Shown piece by piece: positions 30,001-40,400 of a stretch of 64,000 bases of DNA; position 1 is the first letter of the stretch, and every line of letters starts with the position of its first letter. Source of the stretch: Eledone cirrhosa (taxonomy: Eukaryota); contig OZ024745.1 of NCBI GenBank assembly GCA_964016885.1, positions 91,574,001 to 91,638,000 on the forward strand, given 5' to 3'. The translations under genes and the position numbers were made by a program. The notes under the pieces were generated by a model. The model was not told the origin of the DNA. It was given only the letters and a program-made list of their open reading frames with translations, and searched no databases.

Positions 30001-33000
30001 TCTGTCTGAGTATCAAACAGCTCCACTAGATACAGTAAGTTATATTACTCTGCCTGAGTATCAAACAGCTCCACTAGATACAGTAAGTTATATTACTCTG
30101 CCTGAGTATCAAACAGCTCCACTAGATACAGTAAGTTATATTACTCTGTCTGAGTATCAAACAGCTCCACTAGATACAGTAAGTTATATTACTCTGCCTG
30201 AGTATCAAACAGCTCCACTAGATACAGTAAGTTATATTACTCTGTCTGAGTATCAAACAGCTCCCCTAGATACAGTAAGTTATATTACTCTGTCTGAGTA
30301 TCAAACATCTCCCCTAGATACAGTAAGTTATATTACTCTGCCTGAGTATCAGACAGCTCCACTAGATACAGTAAGTTATATTACTCTGTCTGAGTATCAA
30401 ACAGCTCCACTAGATACAGTAAGTTATATTACTCTGTCTGAGTATCAAACACCTCCACTAGATACAGTAAGTTATATTACTCTGTCTGAGTATCAAACAG
30501 CTCCACTAGATACAGTAAGTTATATTACTCTGTCTGAGTATCAAACAGCTCCACTAGATACAGTAAGTTATATTACTCTGTCTGAGTATCAAACAGCTCC
30601 ACTAGATACAGTAAGTTATATTACTCTGTCTGAGTATCAAACACCTCCACTAGATACAGTAAGTTATATTACTCTGTCTGAGTATCAAACAGCTCCACTA
30701 GATACAGTAAGTTATATTACTCTGTCTGAGTATCAAACAGCTCCACTAGATACAGTAAGTTATATTACTCTGTCTGAGTATCAAACAGCTCCACTAGATA
30801 CAGTAAGTTATATTACTCTGTCTGAGTATCAAACAGCTCCACTAGATACAGTAAGTTATATTACTCTGTCTGAGTATCAAACAGCTCCACTAGATACAGT
30901 AAGTTATATTACTCTGTCTGAGTATCAAACAGCTCCACTAGATACAGTAAGTTATATTACTCTGTCTGAGTATCAAACACCTCCACTAGATACAGTAAGT
31001 TATATTACTCTGTCTGAGTATCAAACAGCTCCACTAGATACAGTAAGTTATATTACTCTGTCTGAGTATCAAACAGCTCCACTAGATACAGTAAGTTATA
31101 TTACTCTGTCTGAGTATCAAACAGCTCCACTAGATACAGTAAATTATATTACTCTGTCTGAGTATCAAACACCTCCACTAGATACAGTAAGTTATATTAC
31201 TCTGTCTGAGTATCAAACAGCTCCACTAGATACAGTAAGTTATATTACTCTCCCTGAGTATCAAACAGCTCCACTAGATACAGTAAGTTATATTACTCTG
31301 TCTGAGTATCAAACACCTCCACTAGATACAGTAAGTTATATTACTCTGTCTGAGTATCAAACAGCTCCACTAGATACAGTAAGTTATATTACTCTGTCTG
31401 AGTATCAAACAGCTCCACTAGATACAGTAAGTTATATTACTCTGTCTGAGTATCAAACAGCTCCACTAGATACAGTAAGTTATATTACTCTGTCTGAGTA
31501 TCAAACACCTCCACTAGATACAGTAAGTTATATTACTCTGTCTGAGTATCAAACAGCTCCACTAGATACAGTAAGTTATGTTACTCTGTCTGAGTATCAA
31601 ACAGCTCCACTACATACAGTAAGTTATATTACTCTGCCTGAGTATCAAACAGCTCCACTAGATACAGTAAGTTATATTACTCTGCCTGAGTATCAAACAG
31701 CTCCACTAGATACAGTAAGTTATATTTCTCTGCCTGAGTATCAAACAGCTCCACTAGATACAGTAAGTTATATTACTCTGTCTGAGTATCAAACAGCTCC
31801 ACTAGATACAGTAAGTTATATTACTCTGCCTGAGTATCAAACAGCTCCACTACATACAGTAAGTTATATTACTCTGCCTGAGTATCAAACAGCTCCACTA
31901 CATACAGTAAGTTATATTACTCCGCCTGAGTATCAAACAGCTCCACTAGATACAGTAAGTTATATTACTCTGTCTGAGTATCAAACACCTCCACTAGATA
32001 CAGTAAGTTATATTACTCTGTCTGAGTATCAAACAGCTCCACTAGATACAGTAAGTTATATTACTCTGTCTGAGTATCAAACAGCTCCACTAGATACAGT
32101 AAGTTATATTACTCTGTCTGAGTATCAAACAGCTCCACTAGATACAGTAAGTTATATTACTCTGTCTGAGTATCAAACAGCTCCACTAGATACAGTAAGT
32201 TATATTACTCTGTCTGAGTATCAAACAGCTCCCCTAGATACAGTAAGTTATATTACTCTGTCTGAGTATCAAACAGCTCCACTAGATACAGTAAGTTATA
32301 TTACTCTGTCTGAGTATCAAACAGCTCCACTAGATACAGTAAGTTATATTACTCTGTCTGAGTATCAAACAGCTCCACTAGATACAGTAAGTTATATTAC
32401 TCTGTCTGAGTATCAAACACCTCCACTAGATACAGTAAGTTATATTTCTCTGTCTGAGTATCAAACAGCTCCACTAGATACAGTAAGTTATATTACTCTG
32501 TCTGAGTATCAAACAGCTCCACTAGATACAGTAAGTTATATTACTCTGTCTGAGTATCAAACAGCTCCACTAGATACAGTAAGTTATATTACTCAGTCTG
32601 AGTATCAAACAGCTCCACTAGATACAGTAAGTTATATTACTCTGTTTGAGTATCAAACACCTCCACTAGATACAGTAAGTTATATTACTCTGTCTGAGTA
32701 TCAAACAGCTCCACTAGATACAGTAAGTTATATTACTCTGTCTGAGTATCAAACAGCTCCACTAGATACAGTAAGTTATATTACTCTGTCTGAGTATCAA
32801 ACAGCTCCACTAGATACAGTAAGTTATATTACTCTGTCTGAGTATCAAACAGCTCCACTAGATACAGTAAGTTATATTACTCTGCCTGAGTATCAAACAG
32901 CTCCACTAGATACAGTAAGTTATATTACTCTGCCTGAGTATCAAACAGCTCCACTAGATACAGTAAGTTATATTACTCTGCCTGAGTATCAAACAGCTCC

Positions 33001-33730
33001 ACTAGATACAGTAAGTTATATTACTCTGCCTGAGTATCAAACAGCTCCACTAGATACAGTAAGTTATATTACTCTGCCTGAGTATCAAACAGCTCCACTA
33101 GATACAGTAAGTTATATTACTCTGTCTGAGTATCAAACAGCTCCACTAGATACAGTAAGTTATATTACTCTGCCTGAGTATCAAACAGCTCCACTAGATA
33201 CAGTAAGTTATATTACTCTGTCTGAGTATCAAACAGCTCCCCTAGATACAGTAAGTTATATTACTCTGTCTGAGTATCAAACATCTCCCCTAGATACAGT
33301 AAGTTATATTACTCTGCCTGAGTATCAGACAGCTCCACTAGATACAGTAAGTTATATTACTCTGTCTGAGTATCAAACAGCTCCACTAGATACAGTAAGT
33401 TATATTACTCTGTCTGAGTATCAAACACCTCCACTAGATACAGTAAGTTATATTACTCTGTCTGAGTATCAAACAGCTCCACTAGATACAGTAAGTTATA
33501 TTACCCTGTCTGAGTATCAAACAGCTCCACTAGATACAGTAAGTTATATTACTCTGTCTGAGTATCAAACAGCTCCACTAGATACAGTAAGTTATATTAC
33601 TCTGTCTGAGTATCAAACACCTCCACTAGATACAGTAAGTTATATTACTCTGTCTGAGTATCAAACAGCTCCACTAGATACAGTAAGTTATATTACTCTG
33701 TCTGAGTATCAAACAGCTCCACTAGATACA
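1..33730. repeat. 48-bp satellite array, left domain (~700 monomers; continues beyond window start)
   Basis: Uninterrupted tandem copies of CAAACAGCTCCACTAGATACAGTAAGTTATATTACTCTGTCTGAGTAT with sparse recurrent substitutions (TCT/CCT, AGCT/ACCT, CTAG/CTAC, CCAC/CCCC) and occasional 44-bp monomers. Confidence 0.99.
33726..33730 (+). repeat. Target-site duplication ATACA, left copy (LINE copy 1)
   Basis: The satellite reads ...CTAG-ATACA then switches to TCATCATCATCA; ATACA recurs at 37427-37431 where the satellite resumes. The terminal CA is ambiguous with the (CAT)n tail, so the TSD is 3-5 bp. Confidence 0.8.
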
Positions 33731-33742
33731 TCATCATCATCA
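33731..33742 (-). repeat. (TGA)n / (CAT)n 3' tail of LINE copy 1
   Basis: TCATCATCATCA on the + strand, directly at the satellite junction. Confidence 0.9.
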
Positions 33743-33753
33743 CCGTTTTACGT

Positions 33754-33784
33754 CCGTTCTTCCACGCTAGCATGGGTTAGACGG
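33754..33784 (-). other. Predicted 3'-terminal RNA stem-loop of the LINE
   Basis: Near-palindrome CCACGCTAGCATGG (33762-33775) flanked by CCGTTCT / AGACGG, ~12 nt from the tail. A stem-loop next to the tail is the known RT-recognition arrangement in stringent-type LINEs. Function is inferred. Confidence 0.55.
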
Positions 33785-33891
33785 GTTGTCCTGTTGTGGG
33801 CAGTGTCTGGTCGGCTGACCATGCCTTGCTCATACAGGAACTGATCTGGCTTGATTTCTACAGCTGGATGCCCTTCCTAACACCAACCTCA

Positions 33892-33981
33892 TTTACAGTG
33901 AGTGCTGGGTGCTTTTTCGTGGCGCCTACACGTCCACTTTACAGTGTGGGCTGGGTGCTTTTTTGCCGTGGCACCTCCACG
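33892..33981. repeat. Imperfect ~46-bp direct repeat in the LINE 3' UTR
   Basis: TTTACAGTGAGTGCTGGGTGCTTTTTCGTGGCGCCTACACG (33892-33932) and TTTACAGTGTGGGCTGGGTGCTTTTTTGCCGTGGCACCTCCACG (33938-33981). Confidence 0.85.
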
Positions 33982-34023
33982 ACCACCTTGCGGTGGGGGG
34001 GGGGGGCATATTGTTTATATGCT

Positions 34024-37000
34024 TCAGCATGTACCCATGGGAGGTCGGGTACCCTGTATTACTGCGTGACGCCAGAAGTCACGGTCGTGTGTCATTGACT
34101 TTGAGAGGTGTAGTTGGGTAAGGTCGGCTTTTATCACCTCATCCCAAGTCATCTTGGGTCTCCCCACTCCGCGGTTTCCATCAACTTCTAGTGCTCTGCA
34201 CCTTTTTATGCAGCTGTCATCCTTCATACGCATCACATGTCCATACCAGCGTAACCGCCTCTCCTGCACGCAGCATTTGATTCCTCTTATGCTCAGTCTC
34301 TCTCTCAATTCATTTATGCTTTGTCGTTCACGTATATTACTGTTACACATCCATCGGAGCATGCAGGCTTCGTTTCTCTCTAATCTACGTAAGTCTTCCA
34401 CCTTCAGCGCCCAGGTCTCACTACCATGCAACATCGCTGTTCGGATACACGCATCATACAGTCTGCCTTTCATTCTGAGGGAGAAGCCTTTTGCAGCTAG
34501 CAGTGGTAGTAGTTCCCTAAACTTCTTCCATCCCGTTCTTACCCTAGTTATTGTACTTTCTGAGCACCCACCTCCGTTGCTAATTCGGTCACCTAGGTAG
34601 CAGAAGCTGTCTACTGTTTCTACAGGGCCCTCCCAGAGATTGGTGGTACTTGTTTCCTGTGGCTGTTTGCTTGCTGTTTCAGCACAGCTGCTGCATGTGA
34701 ATCCTACATTCTTAATTAAGCTTCCTGAGATCCCGCTACATCTCTTGTGTACCCATTGTTTGCATTTGGGGCAAAGAATGGAGTTCCTACCTACACCTTT
34801 CCTACATACTGAGCAAGGCCATTTCCCTGAGGGGATCTGGGTTCTGTTTTCTCGTCTACTTATAAGGACCTTAGTCTTTGTCATGTTGACTTTGAGGCCC
34901 TTTCTCTCTAGTCCCTGCTTCCAGGTTTGGAATTTATTCTCTAGTTCTACCATAGATTCAGCTATGAGTGCGAGGTCATCAGCATACAGGAGTTCCCATG
35001 GGCATCCGGTCTTAAACTCCTCCGTTATTGCCTGCAGGACTATGATGAACAGGAGAGGGCTAAGAACAGAGCCCTGGTGGACCCCAACCTGTACGCTAAA
35101 TTCCTCGCTATACTCATTGCCAATCCTAACTTTGCTGACTGCTCCCCTATAAATGGCTTGTACCGCTTTCACAAGCCATTCATCTACTCCTAGTTTTCTA
35201 AGAGCCCACCAGATTACTGCACGTGGAACTCTGTCAAAGGCTTTCTCAAGGTCGACAAATGCCAAGTAGAGTGGCTTACTTTTAGCTAGGTACTTTTCCT
35301 GTAATTGCCTCACAAGGAAGAGCGCATCAGTGGTGCCTTTCCCTGGTACAAACCCAAATTGCATCTCGTCTATATTCACCCGGTCCCTAATCAGCTGTGC
35401 TATAACTCTTTCTGTTACTTTCATGACCTGGTCCATCAACTTTATACCTCTATAGTTTCCTCTATCTAGTGCATCGCCTTTACCTTTGTAGCAGTTGACA
35501 ATGATGCTACTGCACCAATCTTTTGGTATGGCCCCCTCTAGTATTACCTGGTTAACGATACGTGTGGTTATAGTGTGACCTACAGACCCAGATGCCTTCA
35601 GCATCTCGGCAGCTATACCCGATGGACCGGTTGCCTTCCCTATCTTCATATCTCTGATTGCCTTACTTACTACGCTGCCGCTGACTTGTACTGCTGGTCC
35701 CTCTATAGGGTCTACTTGGGGTAGGGTCTCTTCTTCCCATGCATTCTCCTCATTTAGTAATCTATCATAATGACTCTTCCATGCATCTTTCTTCTCAGCA
35801 CTTGTGAGGGCAAGCTCACCTTTATCATTCCGGATACACTTCTCTCCAATGACATCACAACTATCTCTGACACACTGCCTCGCAATCTTGAATACCTCCT
35901 GTTTCTGGTCCTCACGTTGTAAAACATGCTTGAATTTTCTATCCTCTGCTTCCCTCCTAGCTAAGTATACTTGTCGCCTAGCTTCCCTCTTGGTCTCTAT
36001 GTAATGTACCCTGCTCCCCCCGTTCTTCCATTCTTTCCATGCCTGTCTCTTGGCCTTGACTGCTTCATCTACCTTATTGTTCCACCACCAAGTCACTCTC
36101 CTCCTGCTTGAGGTCTTACTCCAGCCACAAACCTCATCCGTCGCCTCTAGTAAGTTATTTTTTAGGAACTCCCAGTTCTCTTCTACGTTAAATGTCTCTA
36201 TCTGTTCTTCTTTACTGTCGTAGGCGTTGAGTAAAATATCTTTAAATCTGTTACTGGTTGAGGGGACTTTCAGCTTCCAGATCTTTCTTCTCCAGGTTGG
36301 CCTCTGTTTCAGGGCTCGTCTAGTTCTGACCGTGAGGTCGCTGACAACTAAGCTATGTTGGGATGTACATTCCTCACTAGGGAAGGCTTTTGTGTTTACG
36401 ACCGTCCATCTGTCACGTCCTCTGATGAGGATAAAATCTAACTGACTAGAGTGCTCCCCTGATCTATAGGTGATCAGGTGGTTGTCGGGTTTTTTAAAGT
36501 TTGTGTTACATATCGACATGTCATTGGCGTCGCAGAATTCTAGAAGTCTGAATCCTTCCTCATTCCTTGTGCCAACTCCATGGCCTCCATGTACTCTATT
36601 GAAGCCGTCGCAGTGTTTACCTACGTGTCCGTTAAAATCTCCTGCAATGATTAGGAAGTCCTTGTCGTCTGTTAGAGCAGTAGTGTGTATTAGGGACTCG
36701 TAAAACCTATCCTTAAGTTCGTCTGGCAGCCCCGATTGGGGTGCGTAAGCTGATATTATTGTGGTAATTGTCTTATTCAGGACTAGTCTGAGTTTAATGA
36801 TTCTTGCATTTACCCTGTACACTGAGATTACTTTATCTACCCACTTGTCAGCTAATAGTATACCTACACCACCCATCCCATCGTCATTTCCCACCCAGAA
36901 AAATTTGTAGCACTGGCTTTTTCCTACAAGGACTCTAGCAGACCCTCCTCTCCATCTAGTCTCTTGCACACAGCATACATCAACTTCCTTTCGCTCTAGC

Positions 37001-37143
37001 ATTTCTACGATTTCTCCTGCTCTTCCTTTCATTGAGCCTACATTGATGGTACCAACTCGGAGTTTTGGGCATTTGTCGACACTCGTAGGGGAGGGTCTCT
37101 GGGTTGGCGCTTCACGTGGGTGCTTGGTAGCTCGCAGATTCAT
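34024..37143 (-). CDS. LINE polyprotein: APE-like endonuclease + reverse transcriptase with inserted PHD-type zinc finger (1039 aa)
   Basis: APE motifs GTINV, VQETR, SAYAP, AGDFN, LDFIL, SQH. RT motifs KATGPSG, YKGKGD..NYRGI, QFGF, FVDLEKAFD, GVHQGSVLSP, LYADD (YADD at 34975-34986), GLKVN..KTK, FCYLG. RTE-type C-terminus RRLRWYGHV..GRPK..W. No internal stops. Confidence 0.97.
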   Translation of the reverse strand: MNLRATKHPREAPTQRPSPTSVDKCPKLRVGTINVGSMKGRAGEIVEMLERKEVDVCCVQETRWRGGSARVLVGKSQCYKFFWVGNDDGMGGVGILLADKWVDKVISVYRVNARIIKLRLVLNKTITTIISAYAPQSGLPDELKDRFYESLIHTTALTDDKDFLIIAGDFNGHVGKHCDGFNRVHGGHGVGTRNEEGFRLLEFCDANDMSICNTNFKKPDNHLITYRSGEHSSQLDFILIRGRDRWTVVNTKAFPSEECTSQHSLVVSDLTVRTRRALKQRPTWRRKIWKLKVPSTSNRFKDILLNAYDSKEEQIETFNVEENWEFLKNNLLEATDEVCGWSKTSSRRRVTWWWNNKVDEAVKAKRQAWKEWKNGGSRVHYIETKREARRQVYLARREAEDRKFKHVLQREDQKQEVFKIARQCVRDSCDVIGEKCIRNDKGELALTSAEKKDAWKSHYDRLLNEENAWEEETLPQVDPIEGPAVQVSGSVVSKAIRDMKIGKATGPSGIAAEMLKASGSVGHTITTRIVNQVILEGAIPKDWCSSIIVNCYKGKGDALDRGNYRGIKLMDQVMKVTERVIAQLIRDRVNIDEMQFGFVPGKGTTDALFLVRQLQEKYLAKSKPLYLAFVDLEKAFDRVPRAVIWWALRKLGVDEWLVKAVQAIYRGAVSKVRIGNEYSEEFSVQVGVHQGSVLSPLLFIIVLQAITEEFKTGCPWELLYADDLALIAESMVELENKFQTWKQGLERKGLKVNMTKTKVLISRRENRTQIPSGKWPCSVCRKGVGRNSILCPKCKQWVHKRCSGISGSLIKNVGFTCSSCAETASKQPQETSTTNLWEGPVETVDSFCYLGDRISNGGGCSESTITRVRTGWKKFRELLPLLAAKGFSLRMKGRLYDACIRTAMLHGSETWALKVEDLRRLERNEACMLRWMCNSNIRERQSINELRERLSIRGIKCCVQERRLRWYGHVMRMKDDSCIKRCRALEVDGNRGVGRPKMTWDEVIKADLTQLHLSKSMTHDRDFWRHAVIQGTRPPMGTC
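34684..34821 (-). other. C4HC3 (PHD-type) zinc-finger coding segment inside the RT of copy 1
   Basis: WPCSVCRKGVGRNSILCPKCKQWVHKRCSGISGSLIKNVGFTCSSC has C-x2-C, C-x2-C, W-x-H-x2-C and F-x-C-x2-C spacing, matching the PHD consensus. Confidence 0.85.
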
Positions 37144-37426
37144 ATTTCATCTATTGATTCAGAGTTGCTCGTGTATTCCCAGCTCATCCATCCATAACGG
37201 TGGGAAAATTGAGGGCTAGAAGGACAGTGGTGGTGGGGTAATGGCAGGGTGTGTTGGGATGCGCCAGAGGAGGAGAGAGTTAGTTAGGCAGGTAGTAGCA
37301 GCAGCAGCAGTGGAAATGGCATGCTAGGTTTGATTGGTCGAATAGACTATGGTGGTGTGTGGGGGTGGGGGGGGGAGGGAAATTGTGAGGTAGGAACTGA
37401 GGGTCGCATGGTAAATATCCAAGTTA

Positions 37427-40400
37427 ATACAGTAAGTTATATTACTCTGTCTGAGTATCAAACAGCTCCACTAGATACAGTAAGTTATATTACTCTGCCT
37501 GAGTATCAAACAGCTCCACTAGATACAGTAAGTTATATTACTCTGCCTGAGTATCAAACAGCTCCACTAGATACAGTAAGTTATATTACTCTGTCTGAGT
37601 ATCAAACACCTCCACTAGATACAGTAAGTTATATTACTCTGCCTGAGTATCAAACAGCTCCATTAGATACAGTAAGTTATATTACTCTGCCTGAGTATCA
37701 AACAGCTCCACTAGATACAGTAAGTTATATTACTCTGTCTGAGTATCAAACAGCTCCACTAGATACAGTAAGTTATATTACTCTGTCTGAGTATCAAACA
37801 GCTACACTAGATACAGTAAGTTATATTACTCTGCCTGAGTATCAAACAGCTCCACTAGATACAGTAAGTTAATTTACTCTGTCTGAGTATCAAATAGCTC
37901 CACTAGATACAGTAAGTTATATTACTCTGTCTGAGTATCAAACAGCTCCACTAGATACAGTAAGTTATATTACTCTGCCTGAGTATCAAACAGCTCCACT
38001 AGATACAGTAAGTTATATTACTCTGCCTGAGTATCAAATAGCTTCACTAGATACAGTAAGTTATATTACACTGCCTGAGTATCAAACAGCTCCACTAGGT
38101 ACAGTAAGTTATATTACTCTGCCTGAGTATCAAATAGCTTCACTAGATACAGTAAGTTATATTACACTGCCTGAGTATCAAACAGCTCCACTAGGTACAG
38201 TAAGTTATATTACTCTGCCTGAGTATCAAACAGTTCCACTAGATGCAGTAAGTTATATTACTCTGCCTGAGTATCAAACAACTCCACTAGATACAGTAAG
38301 TTATATTACTCTGTCTGAGTATCAAACAGCTCCACTAGATACAGTAAGTTATATTACTCTGCCTGAGTATCAAACAGCTCCACTAGATACAGTAAGTTAT
38401 ATTACTCTGTCTGAGTATCAAACATCTCCCCTAGATACAGTAAGTTATATTACTCTGCCTGAGTATCAGACAGCTCCACTAGATACAGTAAGTTATATTA
38501 CTCTGTCTGAGTATCAAACAGCTGCACTAGATACAGTAAGTTATATTACTCTGAGTATCAAACACCTCCACTAGATACAGTAAGTTATATTACTCTGTCT
38601 GAGTATCAAACAGCTCCACTAGATACAGTAAGTTATATTACTCTGTCTGAGTATCAAACAGCTCCACTAGATACAGTAAGTTATATTACTCTGAGTATCA
38701 AACAGCTCCACTAGATACAGTAAGTTATATTACTCTGTCTGAGTATCAAACACCTCCACTAGATACAGTAAGTTATATTACTCTGTCTGAGTATCAAACA
38801 GCTCCACTAGATACAGTAAGTTATATTACTCTGTCTGAGTATCAAACAGCTCCACTAGATACAGTAAGTTATATTACTCTGTCTGAGTATCAAACAGCTC
38901 CACTAGATACAGTAAGTTATATTACTCTGTCTGAGTATCAAACAGCTCCACTAGATACAGTAAGTTATATTACTCTGCCTGAGTATCAAACAGCTCCACT
39001 AGATACAGTAAGTTATATTACTCTGTCTGAGTATCAAACAGCTCCCCTAGATACAGTAAGTTATATTACTCTGTCTGAGTATCAAACATCTCCCCTAGAT
39101 ACAGTAAGTTATATTACTCTGCCTGAGTATCAAACAGCTCCACTAGATACAGTAAGTTATATTACTCTGTCTGAGTATCAAACAGCTCCACTACATACAG
39201 TAAGTTATATTACTCTGTCTGAGTATCAAACACCTCCACTAGATACAGTAAGTTATATTACCCTGTCTGAGTATCAAACAGCTCCACTAGATACAGTAAG
39301 TTATATTACTCTGTCTGAGTATCAAACAGCTCCACTAGATACAGTAAGTTATATTACTCTGTCTGAGTATCAAACAGCTCCACTAGATACAGTAAGTTAT
39401 ATTACTCTGTCTGAGTATCAAACAGCTCCACTAGATACAGTAAGTTATATTACTCTGTCTGAGTATCAAACAGCTCCACTAGATACAGTAAATTATATTA
39501 CTCTGTCTGAGTATCAAACACCTCCACTAGATACAGTAAGTTATATTACTCTGTCTGAGTATCAAACAGCTCCACTAGATACAGTAAGTTATATTACTCT
39601 CCCTGAGTATCAAACAGCTCCACTAGATACAGTAAGTTATATTACTCTGTCTGAGTATCAAATAGCTCCACTAGATACAGTAAGTTATATTACTCTGCCT
39701 GAGTATCAAACAGCTCCACTACATACAGTAAGTTATATTACTCTGCCTGAGTATCAAACAGCTCCACTACATACAGTAAGTTATATTACTCCACCTGAGT
39801 ATCAAACAGCTCCACTAGATACAGTAAGTTATATTACTCTGTCTGAGTATCAAACACCTCCACTAGATACAGTAAGTTATATTACTCTGTCTGAGTATCA
39901 AACAGCTCCACTAGATACAGTAAGTTATATTACTCTGTCTGAGTATCAAACACCTCCACTAGATACAGTAAGTTATATTACTCTGTCTGAGTATCAAACA
40001 GCTCCACTAGATACAGTAAGTTATATTACTCTGTCTGAGTATCAAACAGCTCCACTAGATACAGTAAGTTATATTACTCTGTCTGAGTATCAAACAGCTC
40101 CACTAGATACAGTAAGTTATATTACTCTGTCTGAGTATCAAACAGCTCCACTAGATACAGTAAGTTATATTACTCTGCCTGAGTATCAAACAGCTCCACT
40201 AGATACAGTAAGTTATATTGCTCTGTCTGAGTATCAAACAGCTCCACTAGATACAGTAAGTTATATTACTCTGTCTGAGTATCAAACAGCTCCACTAGAT
40301 ACAGTAAGTTATATTACTCTGTCTGAGTATCAAACAGCTCCACTAGATACAGTAAGTTATATTACTCTGTCTGAGTATCAAACACCTCCACTAGATACAG

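Larger units (their letters stand above)
33731..37426 (-). mobile_element. RTE-clade LINE (non-LTR retrotransposon), copy 1, 3696 bp, coding region intact
   Basis: Single APE-RT ORF, ~283-bp 5' leader, ~293-bp 3' UTR, (TGA)4 tail on the sense strand and short TSD; no LTRs, RNase H or poly(A). A single ORF with a simple-repeat tail is typical of the RTE clade. Whether the 5' end is the true element start cannot be determined here. Confidence 0.93.

Noticed and set aside
36340-36375. APE motif SQH instead of canonical SDH as an inactivating mutation
   Set aside because: To my knowledge QH at this position is common in RTE-clade endonucleases, and the other catalytic motifs are intact.
33796-36703. 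Short + strand ORFs within the LINE (and the equivalents at 52349-55258)
   Set aside because: Antisense shadows of the RT ORF or UTR with no recognisable domains. The G-run length difference shifts the frame of the UTR-spanning ones between copies.
37292-37311. (TAG)2(CAG)4 microsatellite in the LINE leader
   Set aside because: Too short to be meaningful and identical in both copies.
33731-37426. LINE length 3696 bp equals exactly 77 x 48
   Set aside because: Coincidence: with the TSD the satellite phase shifts by 5 bp, and copy 2 is 3698 bp.
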